From Azolla caroliniana (lineage: Eukaryota; Plantae; Polypodiophyta): a stretch of 64,000 bases of DNA. The translations under genes were made by a program, and so were the position numbers. The notes under the pieces are model-generated. The model ran no database searches and was not told where the DNA came from. It saw nothing but the letters and a program-made list of their open reading frames with translations. The stretch spans positions 18,538,001 through 18,602,000 of the forward strand of contig JBHGNT010000016.1 of the NCBI GenBank assembly GCA_043228905.1. The letters are read 5' to 3'. Of this stretch, positions 11,301-25,909 are shown piece after piece; within the stretch, counting starts at the first letter, position 1; every line of letters starts with the position of its first letter.

Positions 11301-13694
11301 TATCTATCTCTCTCACACACACATGTGCCTTTTACTTGCACTTATGTTGTCACTTGTCACTTTAGTTTCCTTTGATGTCGAAATTGGTTCCTGAAATCGA
11401 GAAACAACCTGTATTTCGATGTTAGAATCGATTCCCAAATTCAAAGAAAACATTTTCCTTCATGGAAGATCGATCCTAGAACCAGTTGGCTAATGTCATG
11501 AAAGACATTCTTCGATGTTGGATTTGGTTCGTAGTGTCACATGAAAAACCTTTCTTCCAATTGGTCAAAACAACTTCTCGTTAAAGAGATATTTGTTACT
11601 ATTTATTTTTATCATGAACCGATGTTTTATGTGAATAAACTATATTCCTAGAAATCATGCCCTATGAACATAAACATGAAGTGCATGATACTACTAACGG
11701 CCTTACATTGCCAATATACACCATTGTTATAGCGCTTGAGGAAGATATTCTATCGATCATGCACAAAATGGAGGATGTCTTTTGTTTTGTAAGAAGCTTT
11801 AGACAATCAAACAAATCCTCATATGCAAGTGAAGACACAATCAAGATTCTTTGTTGTTAATAAAATGCTAGGTCTTTGCTCATATGGAGTCGTGGCACAA
11901 TCAATAACAAAGATGTTAGCAATTTCTTATATGTAGAGCCAAATTTATGAATCCATGTTGGGAACACAAAGAAAAATCTAATGGGAATGTATCAACATGT
12001 TTATGTAAAATTCCATCCGTGTGTGAATAAATTGAATGTGAAACATCCATAAAAGTTCTGGCTCACATGAATATAAACAATCCACAAGAAGAGACACGAA
12101 TTAGAGAACACAATTCAAAAAACTTTATTTAATAGTTGAACTTTCTCTTTTAATTCAACACATGGGAAATGTGAATGTGATGCCAAGAAGCATTGTTTCA
12201 TGTGGAGGTATAAGTGTGGTCAAAGGAACATGCTCTTACCCTCAATTTCAGACATATATAGACTCATGTATGGTAGAAGTCTTGATGCAATTGGGGGATT
12301 TAAAGACAACATTGAACAATGCAAAAGCACTATATTTGTTTTCCAAGACAATCCAAACCTAATGAATTCACTCTTATTTCACACTCCATTTTTGCCAGCT
12401 ACTTTGTAGTGCACTTTTTCCTATGTTCCCCACCTGATGATTCCCTCTCAGACTCATTTAGCTCGAGAATTTGTTACCCCCCCCCCCCCCCACACACACA
12501 CACACACACACTTAACTTTTGCAACAATCGATAAAGATTTTTACCTTGCAACCTTGGTACTAGATTATTTCCTTTTCACTTACCACATTGTTGAATTTTA
12601 TGCCTCTATTGTATATCATGGTATCAACACTACCTATGGAGACACTCCAGGCACTATACGTCTTGATATAGACAATGGAACCCTTTATATTCATGGTTCA
12701 CTCATGATTTTATAGAGTGGTAATGCTAGTCAATAACACAATACACTGAGCTTTAAAATTATCAAATTGTGTGTAAGATGAAATTACAATTGCATGAGTC
12801 TATACAATTGTGTGTGTATGAACAATGACTACATGTACATCTAGTGTACCTTGGAACTGTTCACACTACTTACACTTAGAAGAGTATAAGTCTAAGGTAC
12901 ATACATAAACCATATGCGTGTGAAATACTTAGCATACAATATTGGAATGAATCATGAATATGACGGGCCTCAAAACTTTTCAATAGAATTCTAAGGTTTT
13001 TTGGAGGAAATTACATTGTACCATATAAATATATGGTGATCATGTTTTACTTTAATATATTCTAACCATTGCACATTCATATGTTCACAAATCATACTAT
13101 TCAATATCCAAAGTTGACTACAAATTGAAACCACTCCACAATAAACACTCAAATATAACATTATCCATTGATGGTTCCAATCAATAACCATAGAGACAAG
13201 CAACGAAGAACAAACAAAGCCTCATGTCTCAAGTTTTGAAACTTCAACACAAAACACACTATGAATAGGTAATAAATAATAGTAAAGACTTAGATAAGCA
13301 AAACTAGGACCCGACATGAGTTTTCAAGCATTTGCAAAAGAAAAATAGAACTTGTAAATTATTTTTGGGACAAAGTATAATCTTAAGAAGAATGTAAGGC
13401 TTTTTTAAAGTTTGGGATAATATGGAAGGAAACCATGGGTGAGCTTAATATTCGATAAGTTCGATGGCCAAAAAGCCATCTTGAAATGCTTACCAGAAAA
13501 AGAACCATGGCATGATTCTTGCACGACACCATACCTTGGAAAAAAAAACTTAATTAAGAGACACTAAATGGAAGTATGAAGAGTTTGCTTATTCATAACA
13601 AGATAGAAAAAGTAGATTCTTGTTGAGATATTCTCCACCTATATTTTTTGCTAAATGTTATGGTAGCATCATTAACTTAAAAATATGTCATATC

Positions 13695-14162
13695 TAACAA
13701 TCGGCAATGGTTCGGTTTGAACCGAACCGAACCGCAAAACCGCGGTTTAACGGCTAAACGGTTCGGTTCGGTTCGGTTTCGGTTCAATTTCAACAGTAAA
13801 AAACCGTGGTTTAAACTGTTTAACGGTTGTTTATTTATTTATTTTAAAAATTGTAAAAATTTTTAAAAAAGTCTAAAAAAAAATTTAAATTGTTTTTAAA
13901 CAATCTTTTCATTTTTAGACCTTATTCTCACATTTTAGGAACATCTTAAAAATTTTAAATAATGAAATATTATTTTAAAAAATTAAAAATTAAAAATTAA
14001 AAATTTGACCTATGTTGAAACCGAAACGAAACCGCGGTTTTTACGGTTTAACGGTTCGGTTTAATGGTTTCGCGGTTCGGTTCAGTTTGGTTCAGGTTTC
14101 AAAAAATTTAAACGGTTCGGTTTGGACCCTCTCAAACCGAACCGAACCATTGCCAATTGTTA
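13695..14162. mobile_element. hAT-superfamily MITE, 468 bp
   Basis: TIR TAACAATCGGCAATGGTTCGGT / ACCGAACCATTGCCAATTGTTA. Exact 8-bp TSD GTCATATC (13687-13694 and 14163-14170). Many AACCG/CGGTT subterminal motifs and an AT-rich core. Confidence 0.92.
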
Positions 14163-17100
14163 GTCATATCATAGAGTTGTAATGTACGCTTGTAAAGACA
14201 ACAAGCTCTTGCCATGGGTTGGTAAAAATGTGTTCCAAGGCATCCCAAGCAATGCGCCGCAAGGAGTGTGTTTGAGGGACTCGGGATGTATCTTAGGGAA
14301 ACATGTGAATGTGAAAGGTGATTTTGACTTTTTGATTGTCCAAAACTAGGAAGACCAAAAGAGGAAGAAGAACGTGAGTAAAAACTTATCCCTTAAATTG
14401 GATCCTTTTTTAGGTATAGCTATAAAATAACAAAGGATGTTGTCACATGAAAAACCATGAGGCATTGCCACAATTGAAATGTTACAATCATTCAATAGAA
14501 GACAATCTATTCGCAAGTAAAGGCACATTTGCTACATTCATTTTATTGAGCAAACAAATTGAAGTGGATTCATTGGGGGTTCAAGTGCCATATTGTAATG
14601 ATGTGGATAAAATTATCTTTCCAAATGCTTTGTTAAATATTTTGTGAAGTACTATGATCATTATATGATTCTTTTCTTACATAGAGGGGATTCCCAATTA
14701 TCAAGTCATGTATCCCACAACGTTTATACATACGTTGCTTTGTTTTGAATGCCTACACAATTTTTGTGCTAACACTAATAGTTTTTATGATTTGCGTTTA
14801 TCTCAATGATCAAGCACACAGATGCATTGATGAGTGAAGTCCCATTATTGTGTTTTGATAGGGAGCATTATCAAAAGGTTCTCTCACTCTTCTCATTCCA
14901 ATGTTGATTTCCACATTGGTGAACCGTTAGAGTCCCATAGTATGAACCATACGTACCATACACGCAATTTCGCATTCGAGAATGTTTCAATCATTCGCGT
15001 AAGAAAAACCCCCTCAAAGAATGATAAATACCATACTTTTGGATAAACTATTTATTATGTGGTAAATAAGCCTAAAAAATGGAAAAAAAAAAGAAAAAAA
15101 GAAAAACAGGGAAAAAATAGGGGAAAACAAAAAAAAAACACAAGAATGTTTGAATAACATTCGCATTCGTTTTCCAACGTAGGAAAACGAATGTTATGCT
15201 AGACGAACACGAATTTTACGTACTATGCATTAGACTATGTGTTTGCATTGTTGGAAAATTAAGCTTTCTCTTAAACTCCTATGTTACATACCCTCCTTAC
15301 ATGGGTTCCGATATGGCATGATATTTCTACCATGGAAGAGAGAAGCTAAAGTTTATTGAGAAGACTATGTTACAAGGTGAATTGTGTAGTTAAAAATAAG
15401 ATTTATACAAACAAATAACAAAACATACCCTTGAGTGAAAGTTGGCTACAAAAATCACAATGTTGAAATACAACAATGACATTTTGTGTCCACATTGTAC
15501 ATCACCATTCTTACATTTGAATTCTTAAAGTCCCATGTCATGTTCATATTCAAAGGTTTGGCAAACATACTCAAAAGTTTAGGTATTATTCAATGGAAAA
15601 AAACATCTAGTCAATTTTCCAACCCCTTGCCCTAGTAAACATAAAAACAAGTAAAACATATTCATTGAAATATAGGCTAGCATTTTAGGAAAGAAGATTT
15701 TTGCAATTTTATTTAGGCTTTCATAAGTAACTCTCACTTTATATCAATCTGCAGCTATTGACATTTATATACATTCGTACCTACGAATTGTAGTAAGTGG
15801 AGAACTAGGTGAGCAACGTCACTCTTCAATGCATCCATTTTCTAGGTCGAATACCAAGCCTTAATACAAGGATAAGTTGATTTCCTTACATCAAATTTAA
15901 TGTGATTAGGTTCACTTTCTCATTTTCGAGGTGACAACCAACCAACCCATAGGCATTGGTCATTCCTCAATCCTTTCATACCAACAAAACTCCTCTCTTC
16001 AAGGTCATACCACTTTTGTTTCTCCTTACCTACATGTGAGTTGGTGTGTCCAACTATAGATGGTGTGCCCGTGAGTTCAACCAAAACATAACAATCTAAG
16101 TAAATATATAGTGACAAATCGATAACATATCATATGATAAAAGGTCAACCACCATCCCATGCATGGAAAATACATCATTACAATCACTTTCCATGTAATG
16201 GTGCAACCATAATGTGTGGAGTTATGACATATGATTCATGTAATTCGGAAGAGGATAATTCTTGGAAACAATACATCACCTTTAGAACAATTTCCTTAAC
16301 ACAATATTTAGCCATCCTTATCTAAATGCTCTAGGGTCTCCAAATTTCTAAAATCAGTAAAAGTTCATTTAATGCCTTAAATTCCTTAATAAAAACAAAT
16401 TCCCTGTCTCCATATCAAAATTTCTGAATCATATCAATCAAGGAGGTGTTATTTTAATCTTTGTATTGAAATTACCATAAACTGCCTATATCTCCCTTAT
16501 GATAGATATTTTCAAATAAACATCTTAGTTCTACACATTGTGGATCATTCCCAAAGAAAAATGCTGGCACACTGAACTTTCTACATGAAAATTCGTGTAT
16601 GCAATACATAGTCTCAGATCAACTAAAGGAATGCAAGTCATTACCAAGAAAATAAAGAGTTAGAAAGAGGTGGTATCGTCGCAATCCCTAACATTCACAA
16701 AGGTTGGATGTGCAATATTAAATATATGGAAAGTCAAGATTATTGCACAATTGAATTCTCATAGCTCCTAACTAGAATCTTCAAGCTCAAAAGAAAGCAC
16801 AAGGAAAGGTTTCACACAACCCTGGAGAAACTACTTGCCTACCTTTATTACACAACTGAATAACATCCTAACATCAAGCTCCAAAGAGTTCACCATTACA
16901 TTGCTTCTGTAACAACAAAGTACACAAGATTGACCAAAACAATGACAATAGATAATGCATAATCAAAAAAAAATGATATTAATAGAAACTACATGACCAA
17001 TAAGTTATTTGCAATGTCAATCTTTGTGATCGCTTATGGCACAAATATGAAGTGGTTATTATATACAATTGACACCCCTGACCAACATGAATCCACCAAG

Positions 17101-17930
17101 ATTGTTCCCTGTTTCTCATCTTTTTTCTTGACATAACCAAACTTGAGATTTGACTCTGGTGTAAATTTATAAAAGTTGTTGGGAGTCCTAAATTATATTG
17201 TTCTGTTCGGAGAAAACAATATATGGTATAAACTCAAATCCATCAACACATAAAGCCAACAGGTAAGGTCATTGATTTGAGTTCTAAACAAGAACATGAT
17301 TGAAGATGTTGAGCATATCAGGGGTAGAGAAATAGAGAATGAATGAAAAAATTGCAAATTGCAAGTGGGAAAGGAAAGAGATTTCCTTACGGAGACTTTT
17401 GTAAATAATTCCAAAATTGCTTTTTATTATCACTGAATGATTTCAATCGCTTCTTATTCTGGATCAAAATCATAATTTATACTATGTTTATCACTAAACT
17501 CATATATATAAGAACAAAGTACCCTGCATTCATTTTTATTCCACATTGTTTCACAATTAATTGGTCGCCACCTAATTTGGAGAATTACATTTACCATATT
17601 CAATTATTACCATGGAATGGAACCTTACTTGCTTCAGAAAGGGATTTGAAGGTATATCACAAAAGAAAAATGGTCTAGACCAACAAGAAGGATATCTCAG
17701 CAATCCTGAGTTTAGATTGCTGCATTTAGGGGAATAAAAAGGAACTCGGGTCTCATGGCAGAATTACCAGCACCTCTTCCAGAGTTAGTTTTTCAGTTTG
17801 CATGTGTTATATAATGCAACATGATAAAAAGAAAAAACAAAGAATGTTTAACTTACTTCAGGTAGGCTTATGCATATCCTGAGGTACAACTGTTTTCACC
17901 ACCCTTCAATAACTAAGGATAATTATATCC

Positions 17931-20900
17931 TTAGTTAATATATTCTTGCTTCACACGAGCTTTCAATATTGCTGGCAATGGGTGGGAATTCAATGCTTTG
18001 GTTGGTAAGCTTTGGTAATGATGAGATGGGGAATTCTTCGAAGGAGATGTGTGATGCATACCCAAGGAATGGATGGTGCTCATTTTTTCATCATCAGTTA
18101 ATTCGGGTTTCAAAATACCATTTCCTCCCTCATGGCTGTTACTAGGACTATTATGGAGTCTCATTGCCTTTAATACATAGGCATCATCATGTAACTCAAA
18201 TGGTGTGCTGTAAATTAGAATAAAATAAACCTTCATTCTTTGTATATTAATTGGGACTTTGAGCAGCTTACTATTCATTCACCCACTTTAATGATATATG
18301 AATGTTGATGTTAATACACAAGACTAACCTGTTGAAATCAAAGTGGACCAACTGCATATCCTCGGATATCTCAACTTCTACAGTAGCATGAGGACGTGTC
18401 TGCACTAGCACACTCATGTTATACTCACTCTCTCCTTCACAACAAAATCAATAGGAGGTTTTGGCAGAATGCAATTTACTAACCTGGACAAGGATGAAAG
18501 GCAGGGCTACTCCATTAGCAGGCACGCTGCCTGTGCCTTGAAACAAGCTCTCATTCCGTTGTATCAAATTTTGTATTCCTACTATCTAAATTTAAGCAAA
18601 ATACCTATTATCTTAGAACAGAATTTGGACAAATCATCAAGGTGTTCAAAGAAAATCAGAACCAGCATCACCACACCTGTTCTTCTAAATCCTTCAAATA
18701 GGCTGCTTTCTTCTCAATTCTCCCTTTCACTTGCATGTGCTCTGCCTATACATCAGCGTAATTCCTAGAGAATATGTATAGGATATCTCTAATAGTACAA
18801 TATAAACAGCCCTCACCTTCAGAGACTCAATATCATCACTGTCAGTGCTGGGAAGACCTTTCCATTGTATCTCCTTTTTCTCTTTTGCGATTATGTCCAT
18901 TGCCATGAGCACATTCAGAGCATCGTAAACCCTCCGCCTTATATTTTTCTCATCATATTGTTGCTGAAATGCACAAGTTCGTAGGGACGTTAACATAAAA
19001 ACTATAAATCCTCATTCTCTACACTTTTGCATGCACACAGAAGGAACCTGGTGGCATGTTTTAGTTTCTTCCGTCAAAAACTCAAATAATCAAGGGTGTC
19101 ATAATAAAAACTTGTGGGCATCCGTAATAAATATTGTGAGGAGGAGGCCAGTGGCAGACCTGGTCTGGTGAAGCTAGCAGACTCTCTCCATTACTGAATT
19201 CTGCAACTAGTTCATCGGCCACCTGTATAATTGTGAGTATTAGTTATGTTCCAAATTCCAATGATTATACCTTTACAAGTAAAGAGCATTCTAATATTTT
19301 GCTGATAAAAAGAGAGGAATGAAAGAAACAATCTACAAGTTAATAAAAAATTTAAGTTGAAAACTGCAGAAAATGGGAGAGAAGAGAATAAAATATAGAA
19401 ATCAGTTGGGTCAGCAGATCATTGAATGTCATCCATGTTCAATCATATAGAGGTGCCATGCAATTACCGTACCATCATTCCATAACATAGGAAGTGGAGT
19501 GATTGTTTCCTTTGCCAAATTGGCAAACACTAGCAGTTGTAATCAGCTTCCCCTTGAATTCAACATCATGATCAGAGCCACTGAAATTAATAACATTGAC
19601 TAGAATTCCGTTGATGCACAATATAGTGGAGAATCATCCAATGCGCTACTCAATCTTCCATATGGGTTTATCTCTTTTCTCATCATATGTCAAAGCATTA
19701 TCTTGTCTCATCTCCAAGATTTCCTTCAAGAATGTGACTAGAGGAGCCATTATCATAAATATGAGAGGGGAAGAAGATGTTCTCAACATAATGCAGACAA
19801 CAAGGTTATTCTTGTTATTTGATTATGTTCATTACTGCATTGAGGTTTGAATTATGTTTATTACTGCATTGAGCTTCGAATTATGTTTATACCATTTAGT
19901 ATAAATCTGTGTTTTATTGATTGATTTGTAAAGGCAAGTTACTAAAGTCATTGAGTTTAGGGAGAACCTGAGTAAAATAAGCATTCTGACTTTCAGCATA
20001 TCTCCAATACCCACAACTCATTTATTTTCTTCCTTTATTACTATTATCAAAGGTGTGACCCTTTATAATTTGAACTGAAGAAAAGAACCATGTTGCTAAT
20101 CAATGATTTATCAAAAACTGTGATTTGTTCAATCAGGTGAACTTCACCATCCTTCCCACTCTAGGTAGGATTTACTCAAATTCTTGATTGACTAGAAGAG
20201 GCTGAATTTGGCTGAATTTGGTAGTATGCATAATGTGGTATTCAGGTCATATGAGTATTTTGATTCTTTTGCTTCAAGATAACTCATAGAGTTAATGAAC
20301 TTTATGTAGGAGCTCATCAGTCTCTATGCTCATGATACTGCATACTTTTTGTATCATACTATCAATCTACCATGTTGTAAATCACATGCTATAAATACAA
20401 CCAAGTACATGAAAAGATCTCATGCACCTCATACTGAGAAGATATCATAATTACAAATATGTTCCCTTCTAGACGAATTCAAGGACATAAATAGATAGTA
20501 GATGTTGGCTACAATGGAAAGACTTTCATACATAAATAGATAGTAGATGCACAGCACACTAGCTACCCATCATAGTTTCTATGGAGAAATTTAATCCACA
20601 AAAGTCTTTTGAATGTGAAATAGCATAGTAATCATTGATTTGACAAAAAGAATTAATTATTGGCTACAATGGAGAAAATTTCATATGTAAATGGACATTA
20701 GATGCACAGCACACTAGCTACCCATCATAGTTTTTGATACATCAACCACACACCACATGCACATAGGTATAAATATAAGAAAAAGTGCAGTTCAGACATT
20801 CGGGAATTCAACCCTAAAATTGAGGGCCATATGCTACAATGCCATGATATCTGAGAAATGTAGTTGACGTGTGAGGTCTGAAATAAGATCTCTAATCAAC

Positions 20901-23900
20901 GTATGCATATCTGGACATAAGAAAACAGGCATGATGTATAGGAAGAAAATTATGATATCCACATGAAAACATATGATGATAGATGTCTAAACTAGATCAA
21001 TGAAACACTATCTGAGAGAGAATCCAGAAAGCTCGCAGGGCCTATTGCAAACAATCCTTGTCTACTACCATTCATACTTCCTGAATCATGATTTTGAGTC
21101 TTAAAGAATTACAAACATTGCGTTCTTTTATAAGCTCTCCTTAAATCCTTCTGAACATAAACAAGTATGTGCATGTAGTTTTGGAAAAGTTGCATGTGTA
21201 AGTTGCCCATATAATGGATAACATATGAAACCGCAATTCCCAACTATGTAGTCTTCACCGTTTCTATAGAACCAGCAAAATGTGATGCACTTCAACCCAT
21301 TCAAGAATCAACACTGGCTAAATGGATGCTCTCTTCAATCACGGTCACTCCAATTTTTTACATCATGCTTCATAAGAGAACTCCATCTCATACATCTCTT
21401 CTTTAAACCATGTAATGACCACACTTAAATTCGGCATGATAAGTAAATTTTCATAGTTGTCTTCTTTTAATTCCATTTTGAAAGATAAAGTTTTGTTTCC
21501 ACTTCTTATGCCCATTTTTCTTTTCCTCGCATACTTCATGCATAAACCATCTTATCATAGGATTAGCAGTATATGAGAGGTGTAGAGATGAAGATCCCAT
21601 GACTACAATATGCTGGAAAATATGCAAGGATATTAACATTATGTAACAACGCTGTCACTGAGAATGTTATGTAACGACAAACCACCTGGTGATCTATACA
21701 GGAAATATATGCGAAGAACTACAGATTAGAAAACCAAGACTAAGAGATTACCTCATTGTAAGTGGTCCTCCCTTTTGACTCTACCTTTTCGCAAACTGCA
21801 CCCAATGAAATGTCAAACCATTACATAACTTTAATTAGCACAAAAAAAACTCTTCAAGATGTCGATTCATCTTCGAAAACACTTCTTAAATATTGTTTCC
21901 CACCTATGGCAAAAGAACTACCCAATGCAATTTTGGCACTGATGATAGCATGGGCAAGAAAAGAATAAATAATAAAAAACATCCAGGCCTGTATACAGTG
22001 ATAGATAAGAATCTACTAGCAACAATGCAAATTGGAATGGAATTTTTCCAACTGGAAACTATTATCTATAAAGATAAATAAAACTTCAGTCAAGCTAACC
22101 TTTCATGCTGAAGTGACGAAGCCCTCGCCCACCTTTCTCTGATCCACCAGGCCTTGGTCCGCGTTTCTTTTTCCTCCCACTAAAGAAAATTAACCATCAT
22201 GCATCAGTTCATCTATGCAATAATCCACGAGGACGACATTCGAAGCATGTGACTAACCCAGTGAAATCAGGTGACTCTAGATCATCTCCTAAACTCTCCC
22301 CATTTTGTGTCCTTCCCTCCATACTGTTTGTCATATGGTTGATTATGATGGAATCACTCCCAAGTGAAGGAGAATCCATGCTTCCAGTGTCTGCAGACGC
22401 TGATAAACCTGAAGCTCCCACCTGCTGAGAAGTTTTTCTTGCAAAATTTTGACCACAACCATTTGTTGCTGAATGGAAACTTGCATCTTTGAGACCCATG
22501 TCCAAATTTTCAGTATCCCCACGCAATCCTGATACATATAAAAGAATGCCCATTTTGAAATATGACTTGTCACAAGCACAACCAAAACGAAGGGTAGGAC
22601 TTGAAACAAAAAACTAGGAAACTGATGTGAATCAGAAATTAGAACAGTGTTATTTATCATGTAACCTAAACAAGAATAATGAATATGTGATAACCATTAA
22701 AGTTAGACTATAGTCTTTGTGCTATTCAGAAATCACTCTGTGAAACAGGAACATTCCTTGGTCTATTTTGGGATTACATTACGGAATATATGTAAGCATG
22801 TTGACATGCTGATTTGGCTCATGTACTGAGATCCATGCCTGTTAATCAGATTGCCGTACATATTGCAGTAACTGAACATACCAGAAATTTCTTGATGAGG
22901 GATTCTGTACAGATTAAGCTGATATCTTCAATAAGCTTTTTTCTAAGGATTGCATGTATACCCTTCTTTTAACTTCCAAACTACATGGTCCAAAACGCTG
23001 AAGGCACTGGAATTATCTCTCGCTTTAATAATCAATGATGCTTCTCGATTCTCATAGTTCCACAACCATTTTCAACACTTCAGACTGCATAATGATAGGG
23101 TGCCATATTTGTCTTTTGAGGCATTAACATTGTGTATCTTTAGCCTGTTGATAACCTTACGTTGTCTCAAGGTTCATACTTCATAGTTCTAAGAGATCAT
23201 AACTCCAGAATGGAGATAAAGACATAGTTTAATATTACAAAGCAACCACCTATAAAAGACACATTAATTGCAACATACTACCTTGTATTCGTGTATTATT
23301 AGTTGCAGATGAGTATGTTTGCTTTGTCCTTGGTCCTGTTGGAATACCAAAGCTGTTGCTCCCCTTCCGTAGCGGACCTAATCAATTTAGAAAAATGGAA
23401 GCATAAGTTTAGATCAGTGTTTTCAGTTATGCATCAAAAGTCATAATTTCTCATTGTAAAAATCATTTTATCATTATGAGTAGCATTGTTTATAAATGTT
23501 AATACTACATAAATGAACCTTTGTAGGATTTTTAAATAGATATGCAAGAAACGTATTAGGTAACAAGAAGCATGCCTCCAGATTTGGCAATATGGGTTCT
23601 AATACTGATTGATTTACCATAGACTGAGTTCAAACCAGTCCCATGATTCACTCAACATCGCCCACCTAAAAGAGAACCCTGGATTCATCTCCAGCACAGT
23701 ATTTTGGTACACATTTAATGTTTCACACATGTTTTCAAGAATCTCTCTAGAGACTAATATCAAAAAGCTTGATAACGCCTTCCAAATCGTCATCAAAAAG
23801 GATACAGAACCTACCCTGAGGATGAGGGAATAATCAGAAGCAACAAGTACTATGGAAGTGTGTCCAATTCAAATCACAATGAATATGTAGATGATTATTA

Positions 23901-24697
23901 GAATGTGTATGTTGGATAAGGAGGCTGAAAGGCCCATGATTTTAGTGTTCCTAGACCTTTGAGAGTATGCATACTTGTTCACACTTCAAGAATTTTGATG
24001 AGACAATATTATATTTTCAGAATCGAAACCTGAAGAATTTAGCGCATATTCCTTCAACCTTTGAGAATCTCAACAACAAACTCATACATTTTCAACATCA
24101 CAGCTTTGATATTGAGGGTTATCCGACACTTTCGCATTTCAAAGAAAAAATGTAATCAAGACCTTCAAAAAAACAAACAACAGGATCCGGACTTAACATT
24201 CTGAAACAGAAAGAAATCTATCAAGATAGCTCCAGCTTGAATACCACGCCTGAGTGGAACGTCTCTCAGTGTCAATCTTCGAGTCTGATTCTGTGTGAAT
24301 AAATATTCATCCATCCAACTCGGAACCATGTAGAGTGGAATGCGCATAATTAGTATTATTTAGCTTTTTTAAGAAAAGCTCCCAGAAAGAAGGAAATTAA
24401 GAACCAGATAGAAATCCATCCATGAAAATCAACTTTCAAGACCATTTCTGAGTGATATTGTTTTCCTTTTCGAGAAGAATATCTCCTGAGAAAGAAGAAT
24501 CAAAACCATATATAGCATCCAGAAGCAGATATGGAAGTATCTAGCCAACATCCAGAAAGCAGACAAATTCTGCTAAATTTTATAACTTAAAACGGTAGAA
24601 GAGCAGAAAAATCAAAGGGGACCAAAAAATAAGAGAAGCTCAAGCAAAACTCGGAAATTGAGGAGTTCAAAAGGGAAGACATACCTCGGGGAAACAT
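17931..24697 (-). CDS. DP: Transcription factor DP (E2F dimerisation partner, DPB-like), 11 coding exons, ~410 aa
   Basis: Exons 24697-24685, 23377-23282, 22528-22258, 22179-22100, 21795-21752, 19222-19160, 18963-18817, 18745-18677, 18585-18484, 18399-18329 and 18207-17931 sum to 1233 nt in frame with GT-AG junctions. Motifs [32 protein letters not shown] box [19 protein letters not shown], and [39 protein letters not shown]. The first two exons are less certain. Confidence 0.93.
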
Positions 24698-24739
24698 GTT
24701 ATGAAGGCGAGAATCTCTGCATTTGAGTGAGGATCGCAG

Positions 24740-25025
24740 TCCCCTTCCCGTCCTTCTTCCTTCCTTCCTTCCTTCCTTCTCCTTTTCCTCTTCTTCCTTC
24801 TTCCTCCTTTTGATCTTCCTCCTCCTTCTCTCTGATCTTCCTTCTCCTTCTTCTTCTTTGATCTTCTTTCTCTTTCTCCTTCTCCTTGTCTGATTCTGCC
24901 TCCCCCTCTGATCTTCCTCCCTTTTCTTCTTCTTCTAGAAGTTCTTCTTCTTCTCTGATTACTCTGTTTCTAAGAGTTCTTCTCTGATTACTCTGTTTCT
25001 AAGAGAGTTCTTCTCTGATTCCTTT
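24740..25025. repeat. CT-rich (sense GA-rich) low-complexity 5'UTR region of DP with a ~30-bp direct duplication
   Basis: (CTT/CCT)n tracts; TTCTTCTCTGATTACTCTGTTTCTAAGAG repeated at ~24947 and ~24977. Confidence 0.75.
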
Positions 25026-25100
25026 GGGGGAAGGGGAGGCAGGGGAGAAGAGAAGTGTGGAGGGAAAATCTAAAGTCATAATATATATATACATATATAT

Positions 25101-25148
25101 ATACATACATACATACATATACATATCATACATACATACATACATATC

Positions 25149-25179
<31 letters not shown>

Positions 25180-25214
25180 ATATGTATGATATGTATATGT
25201 ATGTATGTATGTAT
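25101..25214. repeat. Inverted microsatellite, (CATA)n followed by (TATG)n, upstream of DP
   Basis: Left arm ATACATACATACATACATATACATATCATACATA is the exact reverse complement of the right end, including the interrupting variants. Confidence 0.85.
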
Positions 25215-25909
25215 TGGGTCAAGAGTACAGAACCTAGTTTGGTCAAACCGGAAGTTGAGTCAAGTTGGATCAACTCGGAAGTCGAGTCGAGTATGGTTGG
25301 GTCGGAAGCTAGAAGTCGAAGTCCAGTCAAGAGTCAAAGCCGCTCGGCTCGGGTCCATCGATTCAAGACCGTAGAGCATTCAACGAGTTCGTGTCCATGC
25401 GCATTCCTGTCGCACCAAATCCGAACACGCGGCTTTGACCATGCCGCTTGACATGCGCTTTTTGTTTGTATTGAAACGAGACGTCGAGACCTTGACATGA
25501 TCGTCGCGCCCAATTTTGCATGACCGCCGCCATAGTGAGTGAGTACGGAAGAACCTAGGTTGTTTGTTTCAAGGTGGTAGAGTGGAAGTACACAATGGAT
25601 GGGAAGTTCAACACCAACGGGATGTCCTGAATCTTAACAATTAGGGGGTTAGGGTCACCAATATGAGTTGGACCTAGTTCAACACCACTAGAATTTCCTG
25701 AATCTTGACAATGTGGGATTAAATATTTGTCATTCGTTTTCACTTCCCTTGCATTTCTACAAAAGTGACATTGGCATTGGTACCAAAGGGATAAGTCTAC
25801 AATCAAAGCAAAGGGAGGAAGAGACAAATACCAATCTATATCGTGAAAGGCCATAAACAATGTACTATGAAGGTCTTTACAACTAATGATAGTCTTTGTC
25901 TCTATGATG

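Noticed and set aside
11330-15300. Possible decayed DNA-transposon (MULE- or CxC-like) coding remnants; similar regions at 26500-28000 and 45800-48300
   Set aside because: Only faint motif resemblance (e.g. TTNGLTLPIYTIV), too degenerate to assign without profile searches.
25503-25516. Possible E2F site (TTGGGCGC) upstream of DP, and TTTCGCAA upstream of RNase H2A
   Set aside because: Both mismatch the TTTSSCGC consensus and cannot be supported from sequence alone.
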